The translations under genes were made by a program, and so were the position numbers. A DNA stretch of 64,000 bases from contig NC_043015.1 in the NCBI RefSeq assembly GCF_006345805.1, forward strand, positions 30,070,001 through 30,134,000, given 5' to 3'. The stretch comes from Octopus sinensis (taxonomy: Eukaryota). Under the pieces are notes generated by a model that was not told the DNA's origin, searched no databases, and was given only the letters and a program-made list of their open reading frames with translations. Shown piece by piece: positions 11,767 through 25,065 of the stretch. Numbering within the stretch: the first letter of the stretch is position 1; each line of letters begins with the position of its first letter.

Positions 11767-12381
11767 CACGCATATATATGATGTGTGGGTACATGTAAAC
11801 ATGTGAGTGTATTATAAGAGGGTGAGTGTATGTGCCTGCTCAAGTGAGTTTCTGCACTTATGTACACATGTATGAGAGTGTATGAGTGTTTCTTTGCAGT
11901 ACAGAAACTGTGTTGTGAGTGTTTGCTGACTCATGCCTACACCTTCACAACATACTGAAAGTAAAGGTGTCTGTGTGCATGTGGCTATGGATACGCATGG
12001 GTTTGCCTGCATTCAAGTGTGAGCACAAGTGCAGGAGTACGTGAATGGGTGTGATGAATGAATGCACGTGTGTAGATACAAAGTAAACATGCCTGCATGC
12101 ACAAATGAACATGTGGAACAAATACAACGTACAATAAGGTGTGGTGTATACGCAGAAGGGACATTAGGTACATATATATAATTATTTTGTATGTGTGTGA
12201 GAGAGAGAGAGAGAATGAGGGAGGGAGAAGACATGAGTGTTTATTAATGTCAACAATAGATATGGTGTAACAGAATTTGACAGACAGAGAGAATTGTGGT
12301 GACATATATTTCAACACCCAACAAACAAAAAGATAAAAGACAAACAAACAAACAAACACTGATATCGAAATGTCTACTTAC

Positions 12382-12565
12382 ATGTAAGTCCCAGATTCTG
12401 ACCTCTCCTCCAAGACAACCAGATGCCAGGATGTCATTGGCCGACGGATGGAATGCTAGACACCATGGCGTTCTCGGATGGCCCTGCAAGATGTGCGTGC
12501 ACTTCCGTGTTACGATATCAGTAATGCGCACAGAGTGGTCACCATGAGAAGAAGCCATTCTTGAG
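12382..12565 (-). CDS. AMBRA1: AMBRA1 coding exon 3, WD40 repeat (SRMASSHGDHSVRITD...GHPRTPWCLAFHP...GEVRIWDLH)
   Basis: 184 nt, tttgtttag/GTAAGT junctions. The GHxRTPWC..FHP...ASGCL.GEVRIWDLH motif is diagnostic of AMBRA1. Confidence 0.96.
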
Positions 12566-13227
12566 CTAAACAAAGAAGACATTATTATTATTATTATTAT
12601 TATTCAGTAGTTTTATTTTTATAGCATGCTTTCACTTCACTACCGAGCGCAGCTCTGTGTGCCTTCGGTATGTGCTGTGATTTGTTGTGATGCTCTGATG
12701 GTTATTGTATGGAAAGTGTTCTGCGTAGGATGTGTGCAGTGCCTAGTAGTGCAATTTTCTGTATGTTATATGTGTTTGTAAGTCCTGGTGTTTTTGTTAT
12801 GTATTTGTCTTATTACTATTATTGTTTTTATTATTGTTGTTGTGTTGTTATTATTACTATTATTATTATTACTATGATTATTATCATTATTATTACTATT
12901 ATTATTATTATTATTCTACTTGTTCCTACATTCCTTCTGGTTTCATCCATGTGTTACACTTACAGAATCGAGGGAGGTTCTAACTCAAATGCAGAATTAG
13001 ATACAGAGTGAGAGAAAGGAAAGAGAGGGAGACGGAGAAAGAAATGAAATGGGAATAGTTAAATCAGTGAAGAGGAAGGGAAAACAAGAAGAGAGAGAGA
13101 GGTCTATATTATTAGGGGGCATGAAGGGCAGGGAGAAAGTATATTATATTATTCTGCATTTGTGTGTTCAAATTACAAGCACAATTGAAATGTTTAACAC
13201 AGTGAAACAATGTCAGGAAGATCATCA

Positions 13228-13815
13228 TCATCATCATCATTTAACGTCCGCTTTCCATGCCAGCATGGGTTGGACGATTTTGACTGAGGGCTCGCGAACC
13301 AGATGGCTGCACCAGGCTCCAATCTTGATCTGGCAGGGTTTCTACAGCTGGATGCCCTTTCTAATGCCAACCACTCCAAGAGTGTAGTGGGTGCTTTTTA
13401 TGTGCCACTGGCACAGGAAGATATATAACTTTATGCTTTAAGATATATCAATAGACAGCTGAATTAAAGTGAAATAACCTTAGTTAGCAAATAGCTGTGG
13501 AAGTTACATCATCATCATTTAACGTCCGTTTTCCACGCTAGCATGGGTTGGACGGTTCGACCAGGGTCTGGAAGCCATGGAAGCTGCACAAAGCTCCAAT
13601 CTGATCTGGCAGTGTTTCTACAGCTGGATGCCCTTCCTAACGCCAACCACTCCATGAGTGTAGTGGGTGCCTTTTACGTGTCACCGGCACAGGGGCCAGA
13701 GCAGGCTGGCAAACGGCCACGATCGGTTGGTTCTTTTATGTGTCACCGACACGGACGCCAGTCAAACGGCTCTGGCATCTGCCACGTTTGGACGGTGCTT
13801 TTTACGTGTCACCGG
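13228..13815 (-). mobile_element. Two family C SINE copies (13228-13415 and 13507-13815)
   Basis: (CAT)n tails followed by the reverse-complement core. Confidence 0.85.
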
Positions 13816-14330
13816 CATTCTTATTATCTACGTGTTTCAGACCAAAACCTGTGGCCATGCTGGAGCACTGTTATTGTTCAGTTTTTTCGTTTTCTTATTA
13901 GGCTTAAATGCTTATCGGTAGTATGAAAGTAAACAAGATACATACATTGGCAGAAGGGAAAGTAGATATAAGAGCTACTTAGACAGACAGGTAGGTGAAC
14001 CTACTGATATATCAAAAGTTATGCAAATAGAGAGATATATTAACAGATATACAAATAGATAGATCACTGAACTGAAGTGAAATGAAAAAGAAATGAAAAC
14101 AATATCAATCAGTAAATAACTTGAACTGAGCCCTGCTGGTGGTTGGACAGCGAAAAGTGTAGTTTGTTTATATATTTCTATTTTTAAAATTCTCTCAATG
14201 CATGGGCAATTATATGTGACATTTTATGGGGCCAAGAATTTATCTGATGTGGCAGTAAGAGTAGCTGAGACCAAAAAATACTGTGTATAAAGAAGTGCTG
14301 AGAGAGTAAATCTAGAATTTTATTACAGGT

Positions 14331-14630
14331 AAAAGGGCACCGTTCGAGTGTGATCGTTACCAACGTCGCTTCACTGGCACCTGTGCCAGCGGCATGTGTG
14401 AAAAGACTCGAGCGAGGTCGTTGCCAGTACCGCCTGACTGGCTCTCATGCTGGTGGCACGTAAAAGTACCCACTACACTCTTGGAGTGGTTGGCGTTAGG
14501 AAGGGCATCCAGCTGTAGAAACTCTGCCAGATCAGATTGGCGCCTGGTGCAGCCATCAGGTTCGCCAGCCCTCAGTCAAATCATCCAACCCATGCTAGCA
14601 TGGAAAGCGGACGTTAAACGATGATGATGA
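14331..14630 (+). mobile_element. SINE family C
   Basis: Core plus (GAT)n tail. Confidence 0.85.
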
Positions 14631-15603
14631 TTTTAACTCCTCTTAACTTCTTCAAACTATAAATCACATAATATCTGTCAAACGTATTACAAGGAAGTAA
14701 ATAAGCAATACCTTTGAAATTAATTTCAATTATATTTTTTAAAAAAGTTAGTTTCGATTAAACGGCAAGAGATCAAAAGAATCTTTTGACATGCCTTGCT
14801 TGTGTGTAATATACTAACATAATATTTTAAAATGTACTGACTTATACTGCGGAGTTTTCATGGCTCCTGCTAGTTATTATTACTGTAGTAATAGATTAGC
14901 AAACTCATTGTGGTCTACATTAGCAAATGTTGTATAGTGAAGTTTGTGAGTTTAGATAAGTTTGTCATGGAGGAAGAGAACGCAGATAGTTTAAAGGAAA
15001 AGGAAATTTCAATTATATGTGTGTGTACAAACGCACATCATGTAATGTTCCATCTTACATGGGTTGGACGATTTTTTGACAGGACCTGATGGGTCAAAGG
15101 ACTATATTGTACACCAGTGTCTATTTTGGTATGGTTTCTTTTGGTTGGGTGCCCTTCCTAATGCCAATCACTTTAAGGGGTGTACTGGTGTCTTTTTCTG
15201 TGTCATAAGTATTAGTAAAATCACAGAGCAACTTGCTAAACTATGATTCCCAAGAGAGGCAGCTGCTTTATGCAAAGAGATGAAAGGTTTAGTATGAGGG
15301 AAGGGGCCAGAGCAGATAAGGTTTCTTGCTGTCGAGGAGCTACATGGTTATTCACATTTGAGAAGAGAGGAAAGGGTTGATTGGGGCAGAGCTGGGAAGA
15401 GAGAAAAATAATGGTGATGAGGTGTCGGATGGTGCTTTTTACGTGCCACCGGCACAAGGCCAGTCTGGGCGGCGCTGGCAACAGCCACGTTCGGATGGTT
15501 CTCTTACGTACCACCGGCACTGGTATCCTTATTTTAATTAACTTTAAGAATTATGAAGAATCTCGTAAAATAACTGTCATATAAAGATGGTATTATTATC
15601 ATT

Positions 15604-16019
15604 AAGGTGGCGAGCTGGCAGAATCGTTAGCACACTGGGTGAAATGCTTAGTGGTATCTTGTCTGCCGCTACGTACTGAGTTCAAATTCCGCCGAGGTCG
15701 ACTTTGCCTTTCATCCTTTCGGGATCGATTAAATAAGTACCAGTTACGCACTGGGGTCGATATAATCGACTTAATCCCTTTATCTGTCCTTGTTTGTCCT
15801 CTCTGTGTTTATCCCCTTGTAGGTAGTAAAGAAATAGGTATTTCGTCTGCCGTTACGTTCTGAGTTCAAATTCCACTGAGGTCGACTTCGCCTTTCATCC
15901 TTTCGGGGTCGATTAAATAAGTACCAGTTACGCACTGGGGGTCGATATAATCGACTCAATCCCTTTGTCTGTCCTTGTTTGTCCTCTCTGTGTTTAGCCC
16001 CTTGTGGGTAGTAAAGAAA
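15604..16019 (+). mobile_element. SINE family B, dimer
   Basis: Junction aaagaaatag|gtatttcgtctgccg at about 15838. Confidence 0.9.
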
Positions 16020-16621
16020 TTATCATTATCATCATCAGGTATTATCATTATCATCATTTAACATCTGCCTTTCATGCTGGCATGGGTTGGATGGTCAAAC
16101 AGGAGCTGGTCAAACAGAAGACCACACCAGACATCTGAGTTTGTTTTGGCAAGGTTTTTATGGCAGGATGCCCTAAAAAATTAACATGAAATTTCGATGG
16201 AAGGTTTCAAAGCCTAGATCATTTTCAAACAAGAAGTTTGTATAATAGAACTAAGAGCAGTCTTGGGTGGGTTGGCATCAAAAGGGTGAAAGACTGGGAG
16301 TCCCACAACCTATGAAATCTCTAGTTTACTACTTGAAGAAATAGGGTTTCAGGTTGATAGGAGCCTGACTATCTGTCAGTGTCTTAGTTTAATGAGATGC
16401 CTGTCAACTAACTAAATAGTCTTCCTGCTATTTACAGCTGCCTTATGTACCCACCATGATTCTTATTTGTTGTTAGGTGAACTGAGGCAATTTTGAGTTA
16501 AGTGTTTTGGCCATTGTCACCTTTTAAAAGCATTTGACGGAGTCTAAAGACTTCAGTAACTGAAAGTCTCACAGAATGACTACTAACATTGAGAGGGACA
16601 GAGAGAAAGAAAAATTCTTAC

Positions 16622-16680
16622 CCATCAGGACTGAAATCCATGAGAAATGTAGCTCGGCAGTGACCAGATAGTTCACATGG
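16622..16680 (-). CDS. AMBRA1: AMBRA1 coding exon 2 (PCELSGHCRATFLMDFSPDG)
   Basis: 59 nt, ttttccag/GTAAGA junctions. Matches the AMBRA1 segment VELPDSPRSTFLLAFSPD. Phase fits both neighbours. Confidence 0.92.
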
Positions 16681-16893
16681 CTGGAAAATCAAGAGAAAAA
16701 TCAGGGAATTTATCAAATTTGTGAAAAATTGTTTCTGATAAATCTTTCAACAACAACAACAACAACAATAATAGTACAGCAAATGAAAAGCAAGGGAGTC
16801 TCTATACAGTTACTCAAGCTGCTAGAAATAGCAGCCAAATTTCTTTCATATTACACCCAACTGTCTTAGAGAGAGAAAAAAAAAGACGCATTA

Positions 16894-17091
16894 CTCTTTT
16901 ACTTGTTTCAGTCATTTTGACTGCGGCCATGCTGGAGCACCGCCTTTAGTCGAGCAAATCGACCCCGGGACTTATTCTTTGTAAGCCCAGTACTTATTCT
17001 ATAGCAGAAGACACTCGCCCAAGATGCCACGCAGTGGGACTGAACCCGGAACCATGTGGTTGGTTAGCAAGCTACTTACCACACAGCCACT
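16894..17091 (-). mobile_element. SINE family A, internally deleted
   Basis: Head and tail joined with the middle missing. Confidence 0.85.
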
Positions 17092-17825
17092 CATTGTATA
17101 GTAATCCATGATAAACTGTGTCTGAGTAAATGATTGGGTAGTCACAACCAGGATACTTCTTTTATAAAGTTTGGTGCACCCGGGCAGAACCATAACAACA
17201 ACAATAACAACCATTCACTAGTGAAGTGTGACGTGATATAACCTTGTACCAGACTGAAGCATAAATGTGCTTTAGAGCCGGATATATCCATTCAGGAACT
17301 ATATATTCAACACAATACTCAACCACAATGCTTTATTTGACTGCCACAACAAACATGGCCACGCCTTCTTTTCTGGTGGGTCACGTCCAGGAGTCTGTTG
17401 TTGTTTATATTTATCTTTCACTTGTTTCACTCATTGGGCTGCGACCATGCTGGGGCACTACCTTGAGGCATTTAAGTTGAACAAATCAACCCTAGTACTA
17501 GCTTTTAAGCTTGGCATTTATTTTATCAATTTCTTTTGTTGAATTGCTGAGGACATAAACAAACCGACAACAGTTGTCAAGTTGTGATGGAGGATAAACA
17601 CAAAGACACAGATACATGCACACACACATGCACAGACACACTGTAAGCATCTTTTAGCTTCTGTCTACCAAATCTACTTGCAAGGCTTTAGTTAACCCAG
17701 GGCTGCAGTAAAAAAATACTTGCCAAAGATGCTGTGTAGTGGAACTGAACCCAAGACCACATGGTTAGGAAGCAAGCTTCTTAACCACACAGTCATGTTG
17801 AATATATGTGCCTACACATATCTCT

Positions 17826-18209
17826 CTCTTTTACTTGTTTCAGTCATTTGACTGCGGCCATGCTGGAGCACCGCCTTTAATCGAGCAACTCGACCCCGGG
17901 ACTTATATTCTTTTGTAAGCCCAGTACTTATTCTATTGGTCTCTTTGGCCGAACCGCTAAGTAACGGGGGATGTAAACACATCAGCATTGGTTATCAAGC
18001 AATGCTAGGGGGACAAACACACACACACATATATATATGCATATATACAACGGGCTTCTTTCAGTTTCCGCCTACCAAATCCACTCACAAGGCTTTGGTC
18101 GGCCTGAGGCTATAGCAGAAGACACTTGCCCAAGGTGCCACGCAGTGGAACTGAACCCAGAACCATGTGGTTGGTAAACAAGTTACTTACCACACAGCCA
18201 CTCCCGCAC
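17826..18209 (-). mobile_element. SINE family A
   Basis: Reverse complement of 18-403. Confidence 0.9.
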
Positions 18210-18656
18210 CTATATATTCAACATTTTTTCTATGATGAAGTTTGGTGGGGGGGATTTAGCTGCTGGTTTTACCAAGTTAAACAAATAGACATGAACAACT
18301 GTTGTTAACACCTTCCAACAAGACGATGCTCACAACACGTAATAAAAATAAATAGAATAAATATAGAATTTAAATGGCTCCAACTGAAAGAGAGATTACA
18401 ATTAGAGATTACAAGGACAGTTTGACAGTTCTTATTAACCACACAGCCATGCCTGTTCAATTTTTGTTAGAATGGGAAAACCGAAACAAACAAATGAACA
18501 AATAGTTAGCTTTGTGGTAAGGAACTACTCATGTTCAACTAGTTCTTGGGAGACTTGTGCCAATGTTAGACCTCATCATACCATTGTGGAAGGGAACCAG
18601 AGAAAACTGGGACACGCATTAGTATACTATGAAACCCGACACCTTACAGTTTCTCT

Positions 18657-18875
18657 TTCTCTTTTACTTGTTTCAGTCATTTGACTGCGGCCATGCTGGA
18701 GCACCGCCTTTAGTCGAGCAACTCGACCCCGGGACTTATTCTTTGTAAGCCCAGTACTTATTCTATCGGTCTCTTTTGCCGAACAGCTAAGTAACGGTGA
18801 CATAAACACACCAGCATCGGTTGTCAAGCAATGCTAGGGGGACAAACACAGACACACAAACATACACGCACACAC

Positions 18876-18908
<33 letters not shown>

Positions 18909-19080
18909 CCATATGTACGACGGGCTTCTTTCAGTTTCCGTCTACCAAATCCACTCACAAGGCTTTGGTCGGCCCGAGGCTATAGTAGAAGACACTTGCC
19001 CAAGGTGCCACGCAGCGGGACTGAACCGGGAACCATGTGGTTGGTATGCAAGCTACTTACCACACAGCCACTCTTGCGCC
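18657..19080 (-). mobile_element. SINE family A
   Basis: Reverse complement of 18-403. Confidence 0.9.
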
Positions 19081-19208
19081 TATATTACAGCAAAGGATTA
19101 TTAAAAAGAAAATAAAAATAATAAAAGGAGGTAGGGAAAGGAAAAAGTTAAAATAGGAGGTAAGATGAAAAGTCTAAAAATCAAAGAAAACTAATTTTGA
19201 GTAATTAC

Positions 19209-19328
19209 CTCATTAGCATGTGGTGTGGTAGCTTTGTATTCCAGAAGGCTCTCAACAAATTTGATGTATGACTGAACATCTTTCAGTCCAACTTGCCTTC
19301 GGAAGACAAAATCTGTGATGTTCTTCAT
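19209..19328 (-). CDS. AMBRA1: AMBRA1 coding exon 1 (MKNITDFVFRRQVGLKDVQSYIKFVESLLEYKATTPHANE)
   Basis: Exon 19363-19209 has a polypyrimidine+AG acceptor and a GTAATT donor. An in-frame TAG precedes the ATG at 19328. 120 nt, phase 0. Aligns by eye with the vertebrate AMBRA1 N-terminus. Confidence 0.85.
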
Positions 19329-19619
19329 ATTTTCTGACTACCACAGTGACCAGTGTTCAGCTCCTAAAACAAAGAAAGAAGAAAAAAACACAAATGAAAG
19401 ATGGCATCAGGGTTTCAAATCATTAAAGAGAGGAAAATATATGAAACACTATTTTATAATTTGCAATCTCATTTTGTGTTTTATTCATAATTTTTCTTTT
19501 GGACTAATATTTTCAGTTATTCCACCTGTGCTGATCTGGAGATATTTGCAAATTTTGTAAAAATCCAAAATCCAAATCAAATCGAAATTGATCAACATCA
19601 ATGGAAATTGCAGCTGTGA

Positions 19620-19952
19620 TACCAGTGCTGGTGATACATAAGAGAACCATCTGAACGTGGCTGTTGCCAGTGCTGCCCCAACTGGCCTCGTGCCGGTGGC
19701 ACATAAAATGCACCATCCGATCGTGGCCGATGCCAACTTCGCCTGGCCCCCGTGCCAGTGGCACGTAAAAAGCACCCACTACACTCACGAAGTGGTTGGC
19801 ATTAGGAAGGGCATCCAGCCGTAGAAACACTGCCAGATCAGACTGGGCCTAGTGCAGCCTTCTGGCTTCCCAGACCCCAGTTGAACCGTCCAACCCGTGC
19901 TAGCATAGAAAGCGGACGCTAAACGATGATGATGATGATGATGATAATGATG
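19620..19952 (+). mobile_element. SINE family C
   Basis: Core plus (GAT)n tail. Confidence 0.88.
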
Positions 19953-20054
19953 TACTCAGTAGTATGAATTGCTATGGTGGTTGAAGCAGGATTTACTGCC
20001 CAAAATATATATCAGGAGTTTTAATTTTTAAAAAATCTAGTATTGTGCATATGT

Positions 20055-20185
20055 AAATATGCCATCAGGCATCTACCATACTCTGAATGTCTTGCTTTTC
20101 TGGGCAGGGACACATTCAAGCTCCGACATCTGGCAACTGACTCAGTAGACATCCACAAGATTATCCACCAAATTTTCCAATAACA
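20055..20185 (+). mobile_element. Short fragment of the same LINE family
   Basis: gacacattcaagctccgacatctggcaactgact is homologous to 7937-7975. Confidence 0.65.
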
Positions 20186-20350
20186 ACCTGGTACCCCTTT
20201 CATCACCCTTTTTGCACTGTCCGTCATCACTTCCTACCTCCAAAGAACTCGTCACTGCCACCTATTATTCACATTTGGTGCTGTCCACCTCTATTACTAT
20301 CCATCACGCTTTACCACTCTTTCACACCAATCACTGTTTCCACTATAATA

Positions 20351-20741
20351 TATTTCTTTACTACCCACAAGGGGCTAAACACAGAGGGGACAAACAAGGA
20401 CAGACAAAGGGATCAAGTCGATTACATCGACCCCAGTGCGTAACTGGTACTTAATTTATCGACGCCGAAAGGGTGAAAGGCAAAGTCGACCTCGGCAGAA
20501 TTTGAACTCGGAACATAACGACAGACGAAATACCTATTTCTTTACTACCCACAAGGGGCTAAACACAGAGGGGACAAACAAGGACAGACAAAGGGATGAA
20601 GTCGATTACATCGACCCCAGTGCATAACTGGTACTTAATTCGTCGACTCTGAAAGGATGAAAGGCAAAGTCGACCTCGGCAAAACTTGAACTTGGAACGT
20701 AACGACAGGCGTGGTAAACGTTTCTGCCAGCTTGCCGCCTT
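20351..20741 (-). mobile_element. SINE family B, dimer
   Basis: Same junction at about 20530. Confidence 0.9.
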
Positions 20742-21494
20742 AATATATTCCTTAGTACCATCACTCACTCATCCTGCTTTTTCTCTCTCTCTCATTTTTT
20801 TTAATAATCAGTACTGTCTTAACACATCATAGAGTAACAAGGGCTTTTTCTGTCTCACAGAATGCAGAGCCACTGTATTGTTGGTCTATGATTAAAGTGT
20901 ACCCAATATGCTCTGTAAAGTGTTTAATGAATGAGCAGAGACAATGCATGGTTAAGAGGACTCATTAGTCAAGTTGAGGACATGACAATCTCTTTCGTGC
21001 TGACGCTACAATGAATGGCATCCAGTAGAAACTGTGAAATAGTTGGTGGTAAGAAAGGCATCCAGCTAGGGAGACCAAGCCAAACTGGACTGTGGTGACA
21101 TATTCAACTCATATCAGCATGGAAAGTTCGTGTAAAATGATTCTAGCATAGTTTGGTATGTACCCTGAGAAAGAGAGAAAATCCCTGTTACTGGGTGCTC
21201 TGAAATTTGTCCTTGTTATAGCTGAGCTTTAGATACACCCACATCCACTGCTACTTAGGTGACCTAGAGGGAAAAAGAAAGCGATCAAGAAAGAATTTAA
21301 AGACATGTATTTTACTAAGTATTTCTGTGAGCGAGCCTGCGATCCCTCTACACCTCTTGTGCGCAGTGGTATGAAACTCGAGTCGAGAGACAAACTGTCA
21401 GTTTCAGTTTAATAATAATAAAAAGAAGCTATATCCTCAAAACACGTATTGAACAACCCACTTTCATTATTAATCAAACATAGTCTCATTTACT

Positions 21495-21579
<85 letters not shown>

Positions 21580-21718
21580 TTCAAATGAATATGGTACTCA
21601 AGTCAGAGACACCAGAATTTTGTATGGTATTATCCATGGGGTGATTATAATCAAAATGAGCAACAAGTATATCTTCGGTAATTTGGTACGATCGTTTCAT
21701 GCTACTTCGTTTTATTAA

Positions 21719-21750
<32 letters not shown>

Positions 21751-22627
21751 TGTTCTCATCAAATGGTTTATTAACAAAATACATATAGATATGTATATAT
21801 AAGGGGAAGATTCTGCAAAACAAAGGAACAATGCCAAGCTAATCCCTTCTTTTGCTTTGCTATATATATATATATAACTATACGTACGTATAAACGTGCA
21901 CGCATATATATATACAAAATTACATTCATGCACATATATACGTACATATACACACACACATACGGTATATGTCAAAATCGAGGACAGTGTGTTAATCATG
22001 GAAGCATTCTACACAGTTTAAGAACAAATTTTAATCGGGATTGCACAACCTCTCTCAGATATGAAATTTAATAGGTTTCTGTTATCAGGTAGTTTTAGCG
22101 TCGAGAATAAACACAATTTATCAAATTTAATTGCGTTGTTGAAAATCAAAACGCTTTTTTTTTTTTTTTTCAAAATCGGTTTCATTTTGTTAACTCGACA
22201 CACAAAGCTTAATTTTTCTCAGCTTTGATCGAGCACGATCTGTGATCAAAGAGTTCTGGGCCAGAAGCATTCGGTCGTTTATTCAGAGAAAGTAAATCTA
22301 GTTCTACATTATCTCGTTTTAAATGACGTTAGGATTTTGTTTCGAGGGAGATTTAGCTGCCAATTCTAGTTCATCGAGCTTGCTCGTTGTCACGTCAAAG
22401 CTTTGTGTGTGTATGCATGTATGTATAATGTGTCTTGTTATATGCATGCATTTGGTAACATTTTGATATTCAATGCTTATCTCAGGGGTGTTTAGAAACA
22501 AATAATGATGACTATAATATATTTAATATATTATATGTAATGTTGTTAACCCTACAGTGTGTGTGTGTGCATACACAAACACATATAAATGTAGCTAAGT
22601 TATAGTATAAGTGTTTATATATATATA

Positions 22628-22819
22628 TAGGGAGAATTCACAAAATATAAAACAAAAGACGAAGACAGGTGGTGTAGACAACAGACAGATGTACTAATAT
22701 AACGCTCGGGAAGTGAAAAAGTCTTTAACGTTTCGAGCCTACGCTCTTCCACAGAAAGGAACACAGAAAGAAACAAGGAGAGAAAACAAAGAATGTGTAG
22801 TGGCTAGCGATCTATCATG

Positions 22820-22822
<3 letters not shown>
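22628..22822 (-). mobile_element. About 200-bp repeat carrying the family-1 hammerhead motif (probable Penelope-like terminal repeat), flanked by (TA)n
   Basis: Homologous to 33400-33625, 33815-33978 and 53196-53395 (shared gaagacaggt...gacgctcgggaa...aaagtcttt blocks). Confidence 0.6.
22723..22758 (-). ncRNA. Minimal type-I hammerhead-like motif, family 1 (U6 variant)
   Basis: CUUU-CUGUGGAA-GAGC(GUAG)GCUC-GAA-ACGU-U-AAAG: stem I, core, perfect stem II, palindromic stem III. Confidence 0.55.
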
Positions 22823-22863
<41 letters not shown>

Positions 22864-23895
22864 TGTGTGTGTGTGTAATATAGTTATTTAAGTAAAGTTA
22901 TAGCATGTATAAAGATATGGATTTCTAGCGTTAATTATATTTAATGTTGCGAGTGCAACGAATTTAATTAGAAATAATTACAAGGCGAAAGAAAGATTAG
23001 CCAAAGCCAAGATAAGGAAACACGAAAGAACTATTAAGGAAGGAAAACTAAGAAAACAAGATTTCGGATGTCATTTGTTTGTTTTCGTTTCTCTCTGTTT
23101 TTCCAAAGTGCATTCCAAAGACGACGATCATCAGGTTTACCACGTACAAGACTTTCCGAAGATGGGTGTGTCTTACAAGACCCCCATAATCAGTCGATAA
23201 GATATAAACATAGCCTCTTGACAATTTCCTACGGGCATGTTGGGCAGAATTTCAAACGTAGTTAACGATTTCGTTATTTCTTAATTAAACTAAAATGAAA
23301 AATGCCAAAAATATAAACTGCAAACTAAATTAATGTCTCAGAATATACACAAGATATATACATACATACACAGTAGCCAGGATAAAAAAAAAATATATAT
23401 TTAGGAAGAAAAGAAAATGGTTGATAGAATTTTCTTTTTATGAGTAAAAACGTAAAATATGATCCAGATTTTCCTGAATGGAAAAATAGATCTATGTGGC
23501 TGGAAAATTACCCTTATTTTAAAATATTTAGGCTGGCGTGGAATAAAGAAAGGAAAAGAAAAAAAAACAAACAAATACGAAATCTACCAGGATTATTTGA
23601 ACTGATGAATGCGAAGTAGTAAGCAGCATCCACCCCAATTTCCTGTTCTTTGTAAAAAACCACCATCGACCTAAAAATATCTGACAAGCAATGGCCTTTT
23701 TTTTAAAAAAAAAAACCCAAACTGTCTTATATAGTCACAGGATATCAATTATTGATCTTTTCGGGGGATTTTTTAACGCTTTCTCCGAGTAGTGAATATA
23801 AACAGATACTTTCTCTTTCTCCGCATTTCTACATCTGTATCTCCTCAGGTTGATGAAGCAAATTATACAGATTGAGTGTGTAGACACACACACCG

Positions 23896-23938
<43 letters not shown>

Positions 23939-24394
23939 ATGGAGATAGGGAGAGAGAGATTGATATAAAACACTAAGATCAGAGTCATGGAGGGGAAAAA
24001 AGTACCAAAGATTTAATAATAGGAAATGAAGTTAGAATCAAAATGGAGTGTTCTTGTCAATATATTAAACTTGTAACACTGAAAAAACCACCACTTTCTA
24101 TTACCACCGTCAGGTGATGGCGAGTATTATAGTACAAATCGAAACATTATTTGTAAAGGAGTAAGTAGAAAGCTATAATCGGTGTAATTAGACCAGTACA
24201 TGACTGGTAGCAATTTTTTATCAAAACCTCCCCGAGGTGGTTGGGTTAGTCGACACTCCAGGTCAGACGGGCAACTTAAATATATTTCCAAAAGTCGATT
24301 GAAAAACACCAAGTCGAAATGGTTATTGCCTTCCGTCGGATTTAATTAATATGCCTAGTTATTATACACGCGTGAAGCTGACAGAATTATCTAG

Positions 24395-24396
24395 TG

Positions 24397-24437
<41 letters not shown>

Positions 24438-24919
24438 TATGTGCGTATGTATGTATATGCATATAAATACATATGTATATATATATATATACACATGTGT
24501 ATATATATATACACATAAATACATATATGTATATATATATATATACACATGTGTATATATATATATACACATAAATACATATATGTATATATATATATAT
24601 ACACATGTGTATATATATATATACACATAAATACATATATGTATATATATATACACATGTGTGTATATATATATATACACATAAATGTGTGTATATATAT
24701 ACACATAAATATGTATATATATACATAAATATGTATATATATACATAAATATGTATATATATACATAAATATGTATATATATACATAAATATGTATATAT
24801 ATACATATACACATGTGTATATATATATATATACACACACATGTGTATATATATACACAAACGTGTATGTGTATATATATATACACATTTGTGTATATAT
24901 ATACACACGTGTGTATATA

Positions 24920-24986
<67 letters not shown>

Positions 24987-24993
24987 CACATAA

Positions 24994-25028
<35 letters not shown>

Positions 25029-25065
25029 CATATGTATATATGCGTGTATATATATATATGAGTGT
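24395..25065. repeat. Compound TA/CA/GA microsatellite with 22-bp and about 38-bp higher-order units
   Basis: atacataaatatgtatatatat repeated about 5 times; acacatgtgt-containing units. Confidence 0.9.

Noticed and set aside
17225-17400. Exon-like stretch in AMBRA1 intron (minus strand)
   Set aside because: Stops in the candidate frames, and the flanking exons already join in phase with homology.
23068-23265. Non-repeat ORF with an acceptor-like site on the plus strand
   Set aside because: No recognisable homology and no convincing donor or partner exons.
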